A model generated the notes under the pieces. That model did no database searches. It saw only the letters and a list, made by a program, of their open reading frames with translations, and had not been told where the DNA came from. 64,000 bases of DNA, from NCBI GenBank assembly GCA_965248445.1, contig CBDFJG010000004.1, positions 1,056,001 through 1,120,000 on the forward strand, written 5' to 3'. Source of the DNA: Planctomycetota bacterium. GTDB taxonomy: Bacteria > Planctomycetota > JAJSAM01 > JAJVHW01. This document shows, piece by piece, positions 30,516-40,612 of this stretch. Every line of letters starts with the position of its first letter. Within the stretch, counting starts at the first letter, position 1. The position numbers were made by a program, and so were the translations under genes.

Positions 30516-32047
30516 GTACCCGTTCAGCCCTTGGTTCTGAGCTCGGATCCAGATCGCTTTCCGTTCGGTCGATGAATCGGATGTGGGCACCGATGAGCTG
30601 CGTGATCTGGTCGAGCGCCTGACCCGTCGTCTGGACGCTCGGGACGAGACGATTGCCGAGCAGGCGGAGGTGATCGAGCGGCAGGCGGCACGGATCGACG
30701 ATCTCGAGAGCCGTCTTCGCCGGGACTCCCGCACCTCCTCGCGCCCACCGTCCTCGGATCCGTCGTGGTCCAAGAAGCGGCGGCGGCGCAAGCCGCCGTC
30801 GGACAAGCGCCAGGGTGCGCAGCCCGGCCACAAAGGGGCGACGCGCAAGCTCGTGGACGAGTCCGAGGTCGATGGCGTAGAGGACCACCGCCCGCGCGAG
30901 TGCAGCGCGTGTGGGAGCGACGTGCTCGTCCCGATCGATCGCGCCCCGACACGCCAGCAGGTCTTCGAGGTCCCGCCACGGCTGATCCAGGTGACCGAGC
31001 ACCGGTTGCACCGGGCACGGTGCACGGACTGTGGCGCCACGTCCACTGCCTCGCTGCCAAGCGGTGTGACGGCGAGTCCCTTCGGCCCGCGACTCTGTGC
31101 GCTCACCGCGGCTCTGGTCGGCGTCTTCCGCCTGTCGCGGCGCGAGACCAGTCGTCTGTTGCGTGACGTCATCGGCGTCTCGATGTCACCGGGCACGGTC
31201 AGTGCGATCGAGGAGCGGGTGTCGGGAGCCATCTCCTCAGCGCACATCGAGGCCCTCGGGGCCGTACGCACGAGCAGCGTCGCCTATGTAGACGAGACAC
31301 CGTGGTCGCGTCGTGGCACGCTGCATTGGCTGTGGAGCGCGGTCTGTGAGCACGCCACGGTCCATCGTATCGATCGGCGCAGGAGCGCCAAGGCCATGCG
31401 GCGACTCGTGGGCAAGCGCTTCAGGGGCGTCCTCGTGACCGACCGTATGGGCGCTTACGACCAGCATCCCACCGAGCGCCGCCAGATCTGCTGGGCGCAT
31501 CTCGAGAGGGACTTTCGAGCGCTGGCCGAGGGCTCGCGCGGCGGCCGGCGCTTCGGCAAGCAGGCCGTGCGTCTCGCCCAGGCTGTCATGCGAGCTCAGC
31601 GTCACTTCGGCGAGCACGGGGACCGCGACCGCATGCGGCGTGAGCTGCGTCTCACATGGGACCGACTCCTGACGCTGCTCGTGCGCGGCGCAGACAGCAA
31701 GCACCGCCGAGTACGCGGAACGACTCGGCATCTGCTCGACCGAGCGGAGGCTCTGTGGACCTTCGCCGACGTCCCTGGCGTCTCCCCGACGAACAACGCC
31801 GCTGAGCGCGCGGTGCGCAAGCCGGTCCTGTGGAGACGCGCAACGCACGGAAGTCAGAGCGAGCGCGGACTCCGCTTCGTCGAGCGCATCCTGACCGTCA
31901 CCGCCACGCTCCGCCAGCGTGGCGAGAGCGTCTTCGATTACCTCGCAGACGTCAGCGCGGCACTCGCGCACAACCGCTCGCCGCCGGCTCTCGTCGCGCT
32001 CCCGATCACGCGCTGAGGCCGCGGATCGTCATACCCTGAACGGGTAC
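30516..32047 (+). mobile_element. IS66 copy 2 (transposase 30583-32016)
   Basis: Same TIRs, length and 477-aa translation as copy 1; flanks GCACGCCG/ATCCCGCC. Confidence 0.95.
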
Positions 32048-33317
32048 ATCCCGCCAGGGCTCGCGGCGTCGTCTCTCTTCTTGGGCAACGAGGAGCGGCT
32101 AGCAGCCGACGAAGACGACGCCGTCGTCCCGGTCGCCCCCGCTTCGCCGCCGACCGCGCCCGCAACGCCTCCCGCCGATCCCCGGGTTGACGCGGGCGCG
32201 AACTGGCGCGACGACCCGGACCGCGTCGAGTCCGGCGAGTTGGGCCCCGCGCACATCAAGATCATCTCAGGGCCGGCGGCCGCGCCCCTGAGGTTGCCCC
32301 AGCGGGCACCCGAGATCCCTGGGTACGTCGACGAGCCGCACATGCGCATCGCGCCCGGCACGACGCAGTGCTGGGCAACGACGCATGAGGGCCTCCGGTG
32401 CTGGCGGAGGACCAAGTTCCCGAGCCACCGGTGCTACGTGCACTTGGGGCCGTTCGATGACGTCGACGGACTCGCGGCCGCGCAGGCGCGAGTGGACGCC
32501 GCCCTCCGAGACCGCGTGGATCACGACGAGGAGACGCACGAGCTGGTCATCGACTCCTCGGCGGAGGCGGTCCGGGTCACAGTTCCGTGCACCTTCGACG
32601 TGCAGTGGGCCAATGGCCACGGCGGTACTCTCTCATTCGTCCGCTTCTCGATCGGCGCAGATGTCACCGCCATCGAGGAGATCGACTACTTCGCCTTCTC
32701 GATGCGACGCGATGTTACGGGTGCGGATTGGACCGCTCGGCGCGCGCGTGTCCCGACCAAGGAGATCGCGGCGCTCGTGCACCTGGCCCGTGCGCAGGAC
32801 CGCACGGTCGCCGAACTCCGATTGCGCCCCGGCGCGGACGAAAAATGGGGCGGGGGATCGGGCCTCCGCTTCGTCCTGACGCGCGTGGTCGCGGGCGGGC
32901 GCCGCCTGTTGGAGCGCGAGTTCTCCGGCAGCCCAAGGTTTCCTGAGCGGCCGCAAACCGCCGGGCTTCAGTTCGTCGCGGGCGCGGTCCGCGAGCACCT
33001 CGACGCCATCACCTCTTGGACGGAAGTGCCCCCCGAGGACCTGCGCGCTACGCACTGGAACGACGCTTTCGTAGCGAACGCGGACATGATGCTCCGTAAC
33101 AAGTGGGTGATGCACCGCTCCGTCGAGGCGCTCGGCGTGTTCGGAACGCCAGCGGCGGTTCCGACGCTGCGCCGTCTCGACGCTGTCGGGTCTCGGTCCG
33201 CGGTCCCTCGCGCGGCTCCGCAACGCGCTCGCACGCCCTGAGTACTACCTCATGGGCGATCCACGGACCATCCCGTGGATTGGGCCGCCGACCGTGCCTC
33301 CCGAGGACGAGAAGTAG
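32048..33317 (+). pseudogene. 3' part of a split lipoprotein gene; paralogue of 42561-43562; extra frameshift near 33185
   Basis: Starts with TSD ATCCCGCC; shares GLAAAQARVD, ELVIDSSAEA, CTFDVQW.NGHGG and SVEALG.FGTP with the paralogue; shifted tail RNALARPEYYL matches RNVLARPDHYL. Confidence 0.85.
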
Positions 33318-33409
33318 AACTCCGGCGCGGAGGACGCGGACGAGAAGTGAAGAACTTTCTTGGCTGCGGGACCGTCCAACTCGCTCACCAGCATGGAAGG
33401 ACCGTGTGC

Positions 33410-33742
33410 ATGCTCCTCGACAGATTCGTCGTCTTCTTCGTCACGTGGACGGTCCTCGTGCTGGCGAACGGTCTCTTCCTGTGGAAGGGATCGCCCGCGG
33501 CGAAGCGGGCGTGGTTCCCACGCATCGCGATCCTCGAGTGCGTCATCTTCGTTGCGTTCACGTACTGGGTCGCGCCGCATGCGCTGGTTCTCTGCGTGGT
33601 CGTTCCGATCGCGGCGGTCATGGCGTTCCTCAACGTCCGCACCATCAGGTTCTGCGCCAGTTGCGGCGCCGTCCATCAGAGTTTCGGACCGTTCAGGGCG
33701 CACGACGGCTGCTGTCGGAAGTGCGGAACGGATCTCTCGTAG
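33410..33742 (+). CDS. Small membrane protein with C-terminal zinc ribbon
   Basis: Three hydrophobic segments, then CASC...CRKC. Confidence 0.7.
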   Translation: MLLDRFVVFFVTWTVLVLANGLFLWKGSPAAKRAWFPRIAILECVIFVAFTYWVAPHALVLCVVVPIAAVMAFLNVRTIRFCASCGAVHQSFGPFRAHDGCCRKCGTDLS

Positions 33743-34879
33743 ATGAGAACCCGCATGCAGTCATGGCATCGCACAGCACTGGTCGCACTCGTTGCGTTCT
33801 GCGCCGGCGCACTGATCGCGACAGCGGTCGTTCCGGGAGTGGAGCGCGACGGTGCGCCTGCGCAACAACCGTCGCCGGACGTCCCCGTGGAGCAGGCCGC
33901 GCCGCCCCCGCGGGAGCGCGTCCGCGTCAACGATGTTGACGCAGCCCTCTCTGGGGACGAACTCGAGTTCCTGCGACGCGCCCTCGCGGCGGAGCGCGTG
34001 CGGCGTCGCGGGGCACGCATCCCTCAAGACCTTCCAGGCCTCGACGTCGTGCAGAGGTGGATCGATGGGGCCGACGTGACGGACCTCGTCTCCGATTTCG
34101 CGGCGATGCGCGCGCATGTCCGCACGGCGCCCGAGCCCGTCGCGTTCGTCGCGTCGACCGGAGGGCGCACCGACGTCGACCTGAGCGACTACGCCATCGG
34201 CGATTCGGGCGTCATAGAGTTCGGGCCCGGCACGTTCGTGCTTCAGACGGAGAACGACGCCTGGAACGAGACACGGGGCAACACCGAGTCGCTGGAGATC
34301 CGCGGCGCCGGCATGGACAAGACCACGCTGATCGCACCCATGCACGCGTTCCTCGTGGTGAACAAGGGAGGCTACCTGCGCAACGTCGTGATCCGCGACC
34401 TGACCATCGACGCTGACGGCGAAGCGATCATTCTCAGCACAGGTGGCGGGTTGGCCGTCGCGCTCGAACGCGTCCGCCTCCGCGGCTGGAAGCTGGCAGG
34501 CCACGCTGCGGCCATCGGCGTGACCGGCAGCGGATTCCTGGCGCTCAGGGGCTGCGAGATCATCGGCCCGGGCGACGGCTTTGCGCTGAGCCTCCGGGGG
34601 CGCACTCTGGCGACTCTCGACTGGTGCACCATCAAGGATGTCGAGCAGGTATTCGTGGGGTGGGAGAGCCCGCGTGCTCACGGCTTCGCGTACGCCCGTG
34701 ATTGTCGGTTCGAGAACGCGAAGCTCGCGGACTCGCGCGCCACGGGCGTTGAGATCCACGTCTCCGGCGGGTCGGTGCTCCTCGGCTCGGCCGGGGAGTC
34801 CGAGGAAGCTCGTTTGGAGCGGTGGGGAGCGAAGTACGCGAAGTCCGTCGAAGACCTCATCTTCGAGGACGTCGAGTAA
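33743..34879 (+). CDS. Exported protein with probable right-handed beta-helix
   Basis: N-terminal TM; IEFGPGTF, LEIRGAGMDKT, VVIRDLTID. Confidence 0.7.
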   Translation: MRTRMQSWHRTALVALVAFCAGALIATAVVPGVERDGAPAQQPSPDVPVEQAAPPPRERVRVNDVDAALSGDELEFLRRALAAERVRRRGARIPQDLPGLDVVQRWIDGADVTDLVSDFAAMRAHVRTAPEPVAFVASTGGRTDVDLSDYAIGDSGVIEFGPGTFVLQTENDAWNETRGNTESLEIRGAGMDKTTLIAPMHAFLVVNKGGYLRNVVIRDLTIDADGEAIILSTGGGLAVALERVRLRGWKLAGHAAAIGVTGSGFLALRGCEIIGPGDGFALSLRGRTLATLDWCTIKDVEQVFVGWESPRAHGFAYARDCRFENAKLADSRATGVEIHVSGGSVLLGSAGESEEARLERWGAKYAKSVEDLIFEDVE

Positions 34880-35500
34880 GTGCGAAGTCGAATCGCGTGG
34901 TGGAGTCTGGCCGCCGTGCTCGCCGTGGCGTGCGGTGACGCGGACCCCGCCCCTGCGTTCGCCCCCGGCTACGTGACCGCGGAGCCGATCGAGCCGGGCT
35001 ACGACATCTACCGGATCGTGTACGACGTTCCGCAGCTGCGTCCCGACGTGGCGATGGTGATGTGGAACACGCAGGGCGATGGCGGCATGGTCTACTCGAT
35101 CCGAGCTGCAGAAGAAGACCTGCGGATCCGGTCCGTCGCGGAACTCAAGCCGTACGTGGCACCGATCGAGACCGCCGACGACGCCATCGCGTACGCCCGG
35201 CTCGTTCGCTACACCTTCGACATTCCGGAGGCCGAGGTCCCCGGGGAATCGTTCAACCGTTTCGCCGTCGGCATCAAGGAGAAGTTCGGCGCCGAACTCG
35301 AGACGACGGCTGAGCGGAATATCGGTTTGCTTCCGGCAGGGTGGGTCGTGCGCCGCGCCATCATGGAACACGTCGACCGAGAGTGGCGACTCGTGAGGCT
35401 CGAAGAGCACATTGACGCCGACGGCACCTACACGTTCAACCGGCTCCGCACTCTCGCCTCCGGCGACGAGGCGCGGCCTTTCGTAGTCTGGCGCCACTGA
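34880..35500 (+). CDS. Hypothetical lipoprotein (immunity-like, paralogue pair A)
   Basis: Lipobox AVAC; similar to the next gene. Confidence 0.75.
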   Translation: MRSRIAWWSLAAVLAVACGDADPAPAFAPGYVTAEPIEPGYDIYRIVYDVPQLRPDVAMVMWNTQGDGGMVYSIRAAEEDLRIRSVAELKPYVAPIETADDAIAYARLVRYTFDIPEAEVPGESFNRFAVGIKEKFGAELETTAERNIGLLPAGWVVRRAIMEHVDREWRLVRLEEHIDADGTYTFNRLRTLASGDEARPFVVWRH

Positions 35501-36129
35501 TGAGACGACTGGTCTTGTGCGCAACGGTGGGGACGATTCTGCTCGCGGCGGTCGCGGTGTGGTCCTTGCTGGACGTGTACCGGCCCCATCCCGAGCACAT
35601 TCTGACGGGCGACTGGATCACCGTCCGCGAGCACTCCGAAGCGGTGCTCCCGGACGGGGTGACGCTCGTCGTGGGGCACTTCGACAACGGCTACCCGGAC
35701 CTCCGCTCGCAGGTGCGCGACGTCGACGGCAACTTGCACCTGATGAAGAAGATCCAGGACTTTCAGGTGCACCTCGCTCCGCTGACGTCCGCCGAACTCG
35801 CGCTCGCCTACAGCGACTGCCTACGGCGCCTCCACCTGCGGAACGGCGACGTCCGCGGGCGGACCTCGTGGTCGGTGGGCGAATGGACGAGATCCCGTGA
35901 ATTCTACGAGCAGGCGCAGGCCATGGGCGTCGACGGCCACACCAGGGTCGTGCAAGAGCATGAGACGGGGTGGGTGCTCTTCCGGCCCACGCTTCACTAC
36001 ATCGACAGCAAGCTCTGCCTCGTGAGGCTTGTGGAGAGGATCGGGCGGGACGGCCAGTACCGGTTCAAGATCGAAGAGACGCTGGCCCCGGACGCCTCGG
36101 GGCTGCTCTACAGAAGGGAAGACTACTGA
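35500..36129 (+). CDS. Hypothetical membrane-anchored protein (paralogue pair B)
   Basis: N-terminal TM; AP...A..A.AY and GWV..R...LVRL.E.I..DG.Y.F shared with the previous gene; TGATG coupling. Confidence 0.75.
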   Translation: MRRLVLCATVGTILLAAVAVWSLLDVYRPHPEHILTGDWITVREHSEAVLPDGVTLVVGHFDNGYPDLRSQVRDVDGNLHLMKKIQDFQVHLAPLTSAELALAYSDCLRRLHLRNGDVRGRTSWSVGEWTRSREFYEQAQAMGVDGHTRVVQEHETGWVLFRPTLHYIDSKLCLVRLVERIGRDGQYRFKIEETLAPDASGLLYRREDY

Positions 36130-37340
36130 TGACAGGAACGCGCACCCGTTGTCTCAGCGCGGCGCTCACGTTGGCGCTGCTCGCATCCCCGGCGTTCGCG
36201 CAGGATCCGGACCCGAACGCCATCGTGGCGTTGAACAACGTCGCGCACGCGCTCTCCGAGGTGTCCTCGCCCGTGACGCTGGCGCGCGTCGGCCGCGTAC
36301 ATGGGCGTTGCGCGGACACGCTGGAGGACGCGGCCAAGTACCACCTCAACGTGCTGCAGCGTGCCGCCGAGGGGCGCGGCGATGAGGCGCAACGCGCGTT
36401 CGCGGCGACGAGATGGTATCGGTTCGCCCACCGGCGCAAACTCGAGCACCGCGGGGCGATTGCGTTCTTGCTGTCGAGCCAGGACCCCATCAACTGGGCA
36501 ACCGCGAGCGCGGTGTTGGCGCGACAGCGTCCGTCCGCCATCGCCCGTCACCTACGGTCGGACGAGCGACCAGAGATCAGGCTGATCGGTGCGCGGCTTG
36601 CCAAGTTCACCTACCTCTTCGGCCCCGACAAGGACCGGGAGCACGCGATCAAGGCGGCCGTGCGCTCGCTTAGCGTCGAAGACGTAGGCGTGGCGGTCCG
36701 GTTCGCGCGAGACGCGTACGACTTCCGAGAGCTGCGCGTTGTCGACGCGCTGGCCGCCCTGCTTCGGGAGACCCGGGTGGTCGAAAGAGACGGGCGGCAC
36801 GGGCGCGTCTGTGACTTGGTGGGCCCGCTGCTGCATGGCCAGCTGATGAGCGATCCCGCGCTGGACGACGTGCGCGACGAATTCCCAGAGCACTACGACC
36901 AACACCTGCTTCTGCGGTGGCTCAAGGAGAACAGGGATCGCCTGGACTTCGACCGGCCGGGCGACGGTCGCGTCATCGTTCTCAACGAGGTGGTCCGTCT
37001 GGAGGAAGACGAGCCGAGGCGACTCGAGCTGCCGGGCGATCTCGGTTCATTGACGTTCAACGTCTCGAACGTCAGGCGGGGGGCCTTCGCGACGCGTGGC
37101 GCGCTCATCGCGTTCGACCTGTCCTGCAAGGGGGAGGGGGAGGTGAGCGTAGACGGGTCCAATAGCGACGGCCCCATGTTCGGGCTCTACGAAGTTCATG
37201 GCATGGGCATCAGTGCGGGCTCTAGGAAAGTCGACATGCGGATGTTCCTGAAGGCCACGACCGAGGAGGGGCGCTACGACATGCACTTCTTGGTCGGATT
37301 GACTCGGGGGCTCCATCCTCGCGGCGGACATCCAAGGTGA
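36129..37340 (+). CDS. Secreted hypothetical protein (HEAT-like helices)
   Basis: Signal peptide ending AFA-Q; TGATG coupling. Confidence 0.7.
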   Translation: MTGTRTRCLSAALTLALLASPAFAQDPDPNAIVALNNVAHALSEVSSPVTLARVGRVHGRCADTLEDAAKYHLNVLQRAAEGRGDEAQRAFAATRWYRFAHRRKLEHRGAIAFLLSSQDPINWATASAVLARQRPSAIARHLRSDERPEIRLIGARLAKFTYLFGPDKDREHAIKAAVRSLSVEDVGVAVRFARDAYDFRELRVVDALAALLRETRVVERDGRHGRVCDLVGPLLHGQLMSDPALDDVRDEFPEHYDQHLLLRWLKENRDRLDFDRPGDGRVIVLNEVVRLEEDEPRRLELPGDLGSLTFNVSNVRRGAFATRGALIAFDLSCKGEGEVSVDGSNSDGPMFGLYEVHGMGISAGSRKVDMRMFLKATTEEGRYDMHFLVGLTRGLHPRGGHPR

Positions 37341-38233
37341 CCCCGCCCCCCGCTCGCCCGTCACGCGTCGCGTCGCCCGTCGTCGCGCTCCTGCTGGCGG
37401 CGCTCGCGCTCGGTGGCTGCTACTGGTGCGCAGGGGACGACGACGCGGCGGCGCCCGACGCTTGGTGGATGCCTACAACTGGAACTACGCTAGTTGCGAC
37501 GCAGGAAGTCAAGCGAGACGGCGTAGCCTCGACGAGTCGCGCCGCGACCGCGTGGTCGTTTGAATCGGCGGGGGAGCGCGGTTGTCCCACGCGCGTGGTC
37601 GTCGCGCCCGTAGGCATGGCCGACGGACATCTGGCGAGCCTTCGTATCGACGATCTCGGGACGCTGCAGAGCGTCGAGTTGGGAGATCTGGCTGACGCTC
37701 TCACGGCGGAGTACGCCCAGTCCGCCGACCAGCTCTCTCGCGATCTGGCTCTGTCGCCGGAAGGGGCCGCGAAGGCGAAGCTAAGGATCGCGATGCTGTG
37801 GCTGGCCACAGGCGCGGGGTGGGTGCGACAGCTCTCGGAGGACGAGGATGTTGGCACTGGCTCGCTGGTCGTGCCGGTTGTCGGCGGCGTCGCCCGCGTG
37901 CAGTGCACGATACAACGCGGTGGGGAACCGAAGGCGGGATCGACTGGCTTCGTCGCGTCCTACTCGGTGACTGGGCACAACGCTCGAGAACTCCGGCCCG
38001 AGTTGCTCCGTCGAATTCGCGCGACAGACGACATAGGCGAGAGGCTCTGGGCGCACACCACCGTCGATGTACGCGGCACCATTGAGTGCCACATCAGCAA
38101 CGACACGCGCCGGCCCGTGTCCGCGGTCTGGGAGGAGACGACTGAACTCGGGCTGGGCGGGGAGACCACGTCGAGTTCGACAGAAGTTCAGTCGATAGCG
38201 TTCGACTTCCGCGAGAAAAGGGAGTCGCGGTGA
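37337..38233 (+). CDS. Hypothetical lipoprotein
   Basis: Lipobox LGGC; GTGA overlaps at both ends. Confidence 0.7.
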   Translation: MTPPPARPSRVASPVVALLLAALALGGCYWCAGDDDAAAPDAWWMPTTGTTLVATQEVKRDGVASTSRAATAWSFESAGERGCPTRVVVAPVGMADGHLASLRIDDLGTLQSVELGDLADALTAEYAQSADQLSRDLALSPEGAAKAKLRIAMLWLATGAGWVRQLSEDEDVGTGSLVVPVVGGVARVQCTIQRGGEPKAGSTGFVASYSVTGHNARELRPELLRRIRATDDIGERLWAHTTVDVRGTIECHISNDTRRPVSAVWEETTELGLGGETTSSSTEVQSIAFDFREKRESR

Positions 38234-38246
38234 AACTGCTGACTAG

Positions 38247-38889
38247 CCGCATCTGTTCACGAGACGTCGCGATGACGGTGCTTTCGGAGTCCACAGGGTC
38301 AGATCTTGGCCAGGCGAGGGCGGATGCTGTCGTCGTTGCCACAAGGGCAACGCGAGTGAGCGGCCGAAACGGCGCGGATTCTGCGGTGTGGGCAGACCGT
38401 AGGCCGGGCGGTGGTGTGGCGGACGGCGCGGCGGGACGTCAGGTCGGCTTCGGGGATGCCAGCAGTCGTTGCGCGCAGCGCTCGAAGACGTGCTGCCAGG
38501 GCCACGACGAGGACATCGAGACCCAGATCCGGCGCGTCGTGATCCGCACGAGCGCGCCGATCTTGAGCAGCCGCAGGCGGATCGTGCCGGCTTGCGCACG
38601 CGCCATCTCGGTGCCGGCGAGACCGATGCGTCGCAGCGCACAGGTCAGGACGTAGGCCATGGCCGACATGGCCATCCGCACGGCGTTGCCCTGCATCGTG
38701 TGCACCGACAGACGGGTGCCGAAGAGCTCGAGCTGCTGCTCCTTGATGCGATTCTCCGCCTCGCCCCGGGCGCAGTAGAGCTGCTCGTAGAGACGCTTGC
38801 TGCTCCAGCTACGAGGCGGCAGATTGGTCACCACGAAGCGGGGATTGCGCTTGCCGCCCGGCAGGTGCTCGGCCTTGGCGACCACGCGA
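38247..38889 (-). mobile_element. IS1380 copy 2, 3' part only (truncated by IS66 copy 3)
   Basis: Matches 25785-26427; right end abuts CTAG at 38243-38246, cutting a gene that starts at GTG 38230. Confidence 0.93.
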
Positions 38890-40421
38890 GTACCCGTTCA
38901 GGGTATGACGATCCGCGGCCTCAGCGCGTGATCGGGAGCGCGACGAGAGCCGGCGGCGAGCGGTTGTGCGCGAGTGCCGCGCTGACGTCTGCGAGGTAAT
39001 CGAAGACGCTCTCGCCACGCTGGCGGAGCGTGGCGGTGACGGTCAGGATGCGCTCGACGAAGCGGAGTCCGCGCTCGCTCTGACTTCCGTGCGTTGCGCG
39101 TCTCCACAGGACCGGCTTGCGCACCGCGCGCTCAGCGGCGTTGTTCGTCGGGGAGACGCCAGGGACGTCGGCGAAGGTCCACAGAGCCTCCGCTCGGTCG
39201 AGCAGATGCCGAGTCGTTCCGCGTACTCGGCGGTGCTTGCTGTCTGCGCCGCGCACGAGCAGCGTCAGGAGTCGGTCCCATGTGAGACGCAGCTCACGCC
39301 GCATGCGGTCGCGGTCCCCGTGCTCGCCGAAGTGACGCTGAGCTCGCATGACAGCCTGGGCGAGACGCACGGCCTGCTTGCCGAAGCGCCGGCCGCCGCG
39401 CGAGCCCTCGGCCAGCGCTCGAAAGTCCCTCTCGAGATGCGCCCAGCAGATCTGGCGGCGCTCGGTGGGATGCTGGTCGTAAGCGCCCATACGGTCGGTC
39501 ACGAGGACGCCCCTGAAGCGCTTGCCCACGAGTCGCCGCATGGCCTTGGCGCTCCTGCGCCGATCGATACGATGGACCGTGGCGTGCTCACAGACCGCGC
39601 TCCACAGCCAATGCAGCGTGCCACGACGCGACCACGGTGTCTCGTCTACATAGGCGACGCTGCTCGTGCGTACGGCCCCGAGGGCCTCGATGTGCGCTGA
39701 GGAGATGGCTCCCGACACCCGCTCCTCGATCGCACTGACCGTGCCCGGTGACATCGAGACGCCGATGACGTCACGCAACAGACGACTGGTCTCGCGCCGC
39801 GACAGGCGGAAGACGCCGACCAGAGCCGCGGTGAGCGCACAGAGTCGCGGGCCGAAGGGACTCGCCGTCACACCGCTTGGCAGCGAGGCAGTGGACGTGG
39901 CGCCACAGTCCGTGCACCGTGCCCGGTGCAACCGGTGCTCGGTCACCTGGATCAGCCGTGGCGGGACCTCGAAGACCTGCTGGCGTGTCGGGGCGCGATC
40001 GATCGGGACGAGCACGTCGCTCCCACACGCGCTGCACTCGCGCGGGCGGTGGTCCTCTACGCCATCGACCTCGGACTCGTCCACGAGCTTGCGCGTCGCC
40101 CCTTTGTGGCCGGGCTGCGCACCCTGGCGCTTGTCCGACGGCGGCTTGCGCCGCCGCCGCTTCTTGGACCACGACGGATCCGAGGACGGTGGGCGCGAGG
40201 AGGTGCGGGAGTCCCGGCGAAGACGGCTCTCGAGATCGTCGATCCGTGCCGCCTGCCGCTCGATCACCTCCGCCTGCTCGGCAATCGTCTCGTCCCGAGC
40301 GTCCAGACGACGGGTCAGGCGCTCGACCAGATCACGCAGCTCATCGGTGCCCACATCCGATTCATCGACCGAACGGAAAGCGATCTGGATCCGAGCTCAG
40401 AACCAAGGGCTGAACGGGTAC
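38890..40421 (-). mobile_element. IS66 copy 3 (transposase 38921-40354)
   Basis: Same TIRs and translation, inverted; flanks on its own strand ATCCCGCC/TCGCGTGG. Confidence 0.95.
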
Positions 40422-40612
40422 GGCGGGATGGCGATGAGCCCGCAGGGACCGTCACGATGCGTTCGCGGGGGCGGAGGCGGCGGGTAGGTGACGTGCACGC
40501 GGACGGGCAGCTCGGGCGCCACCACGACAGCCGCCGGCGGCTGCTTGCAGCACGCGGAGAGCGCCAGGACGGCGCAGAGGAGGAGAGCGGGCCGGAACCG
40601 TGTGAGCTTCAT
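40422..40612 (-). pseudogene. 5' part of the split lipoprotein gene (continues at 32048 on +)
   Basis: MKLTRFRPALLLCAVLALSAC lipobox; ends IAIPP at the TSD, in frame with IPPGLAA at 32048. Confidence 0.88.

Noticed and set aside
21199..32047. IS66 copies 1 and 2 as a composite transposon
   Set aside because: The outer flanks share no 8-bp duplication, before or after undoing the inversion.
31919..33241. 440-aa ORF as an intact gene
   Set aside because: It starts inside IS66; the true 5' end is at 40612 on the other strand.
38389..38397. GTGGGCAGA as a second att copy of the tRNA 3' end
   Set aside because: Only ~9 bp and internal to IS1380; a chance match.
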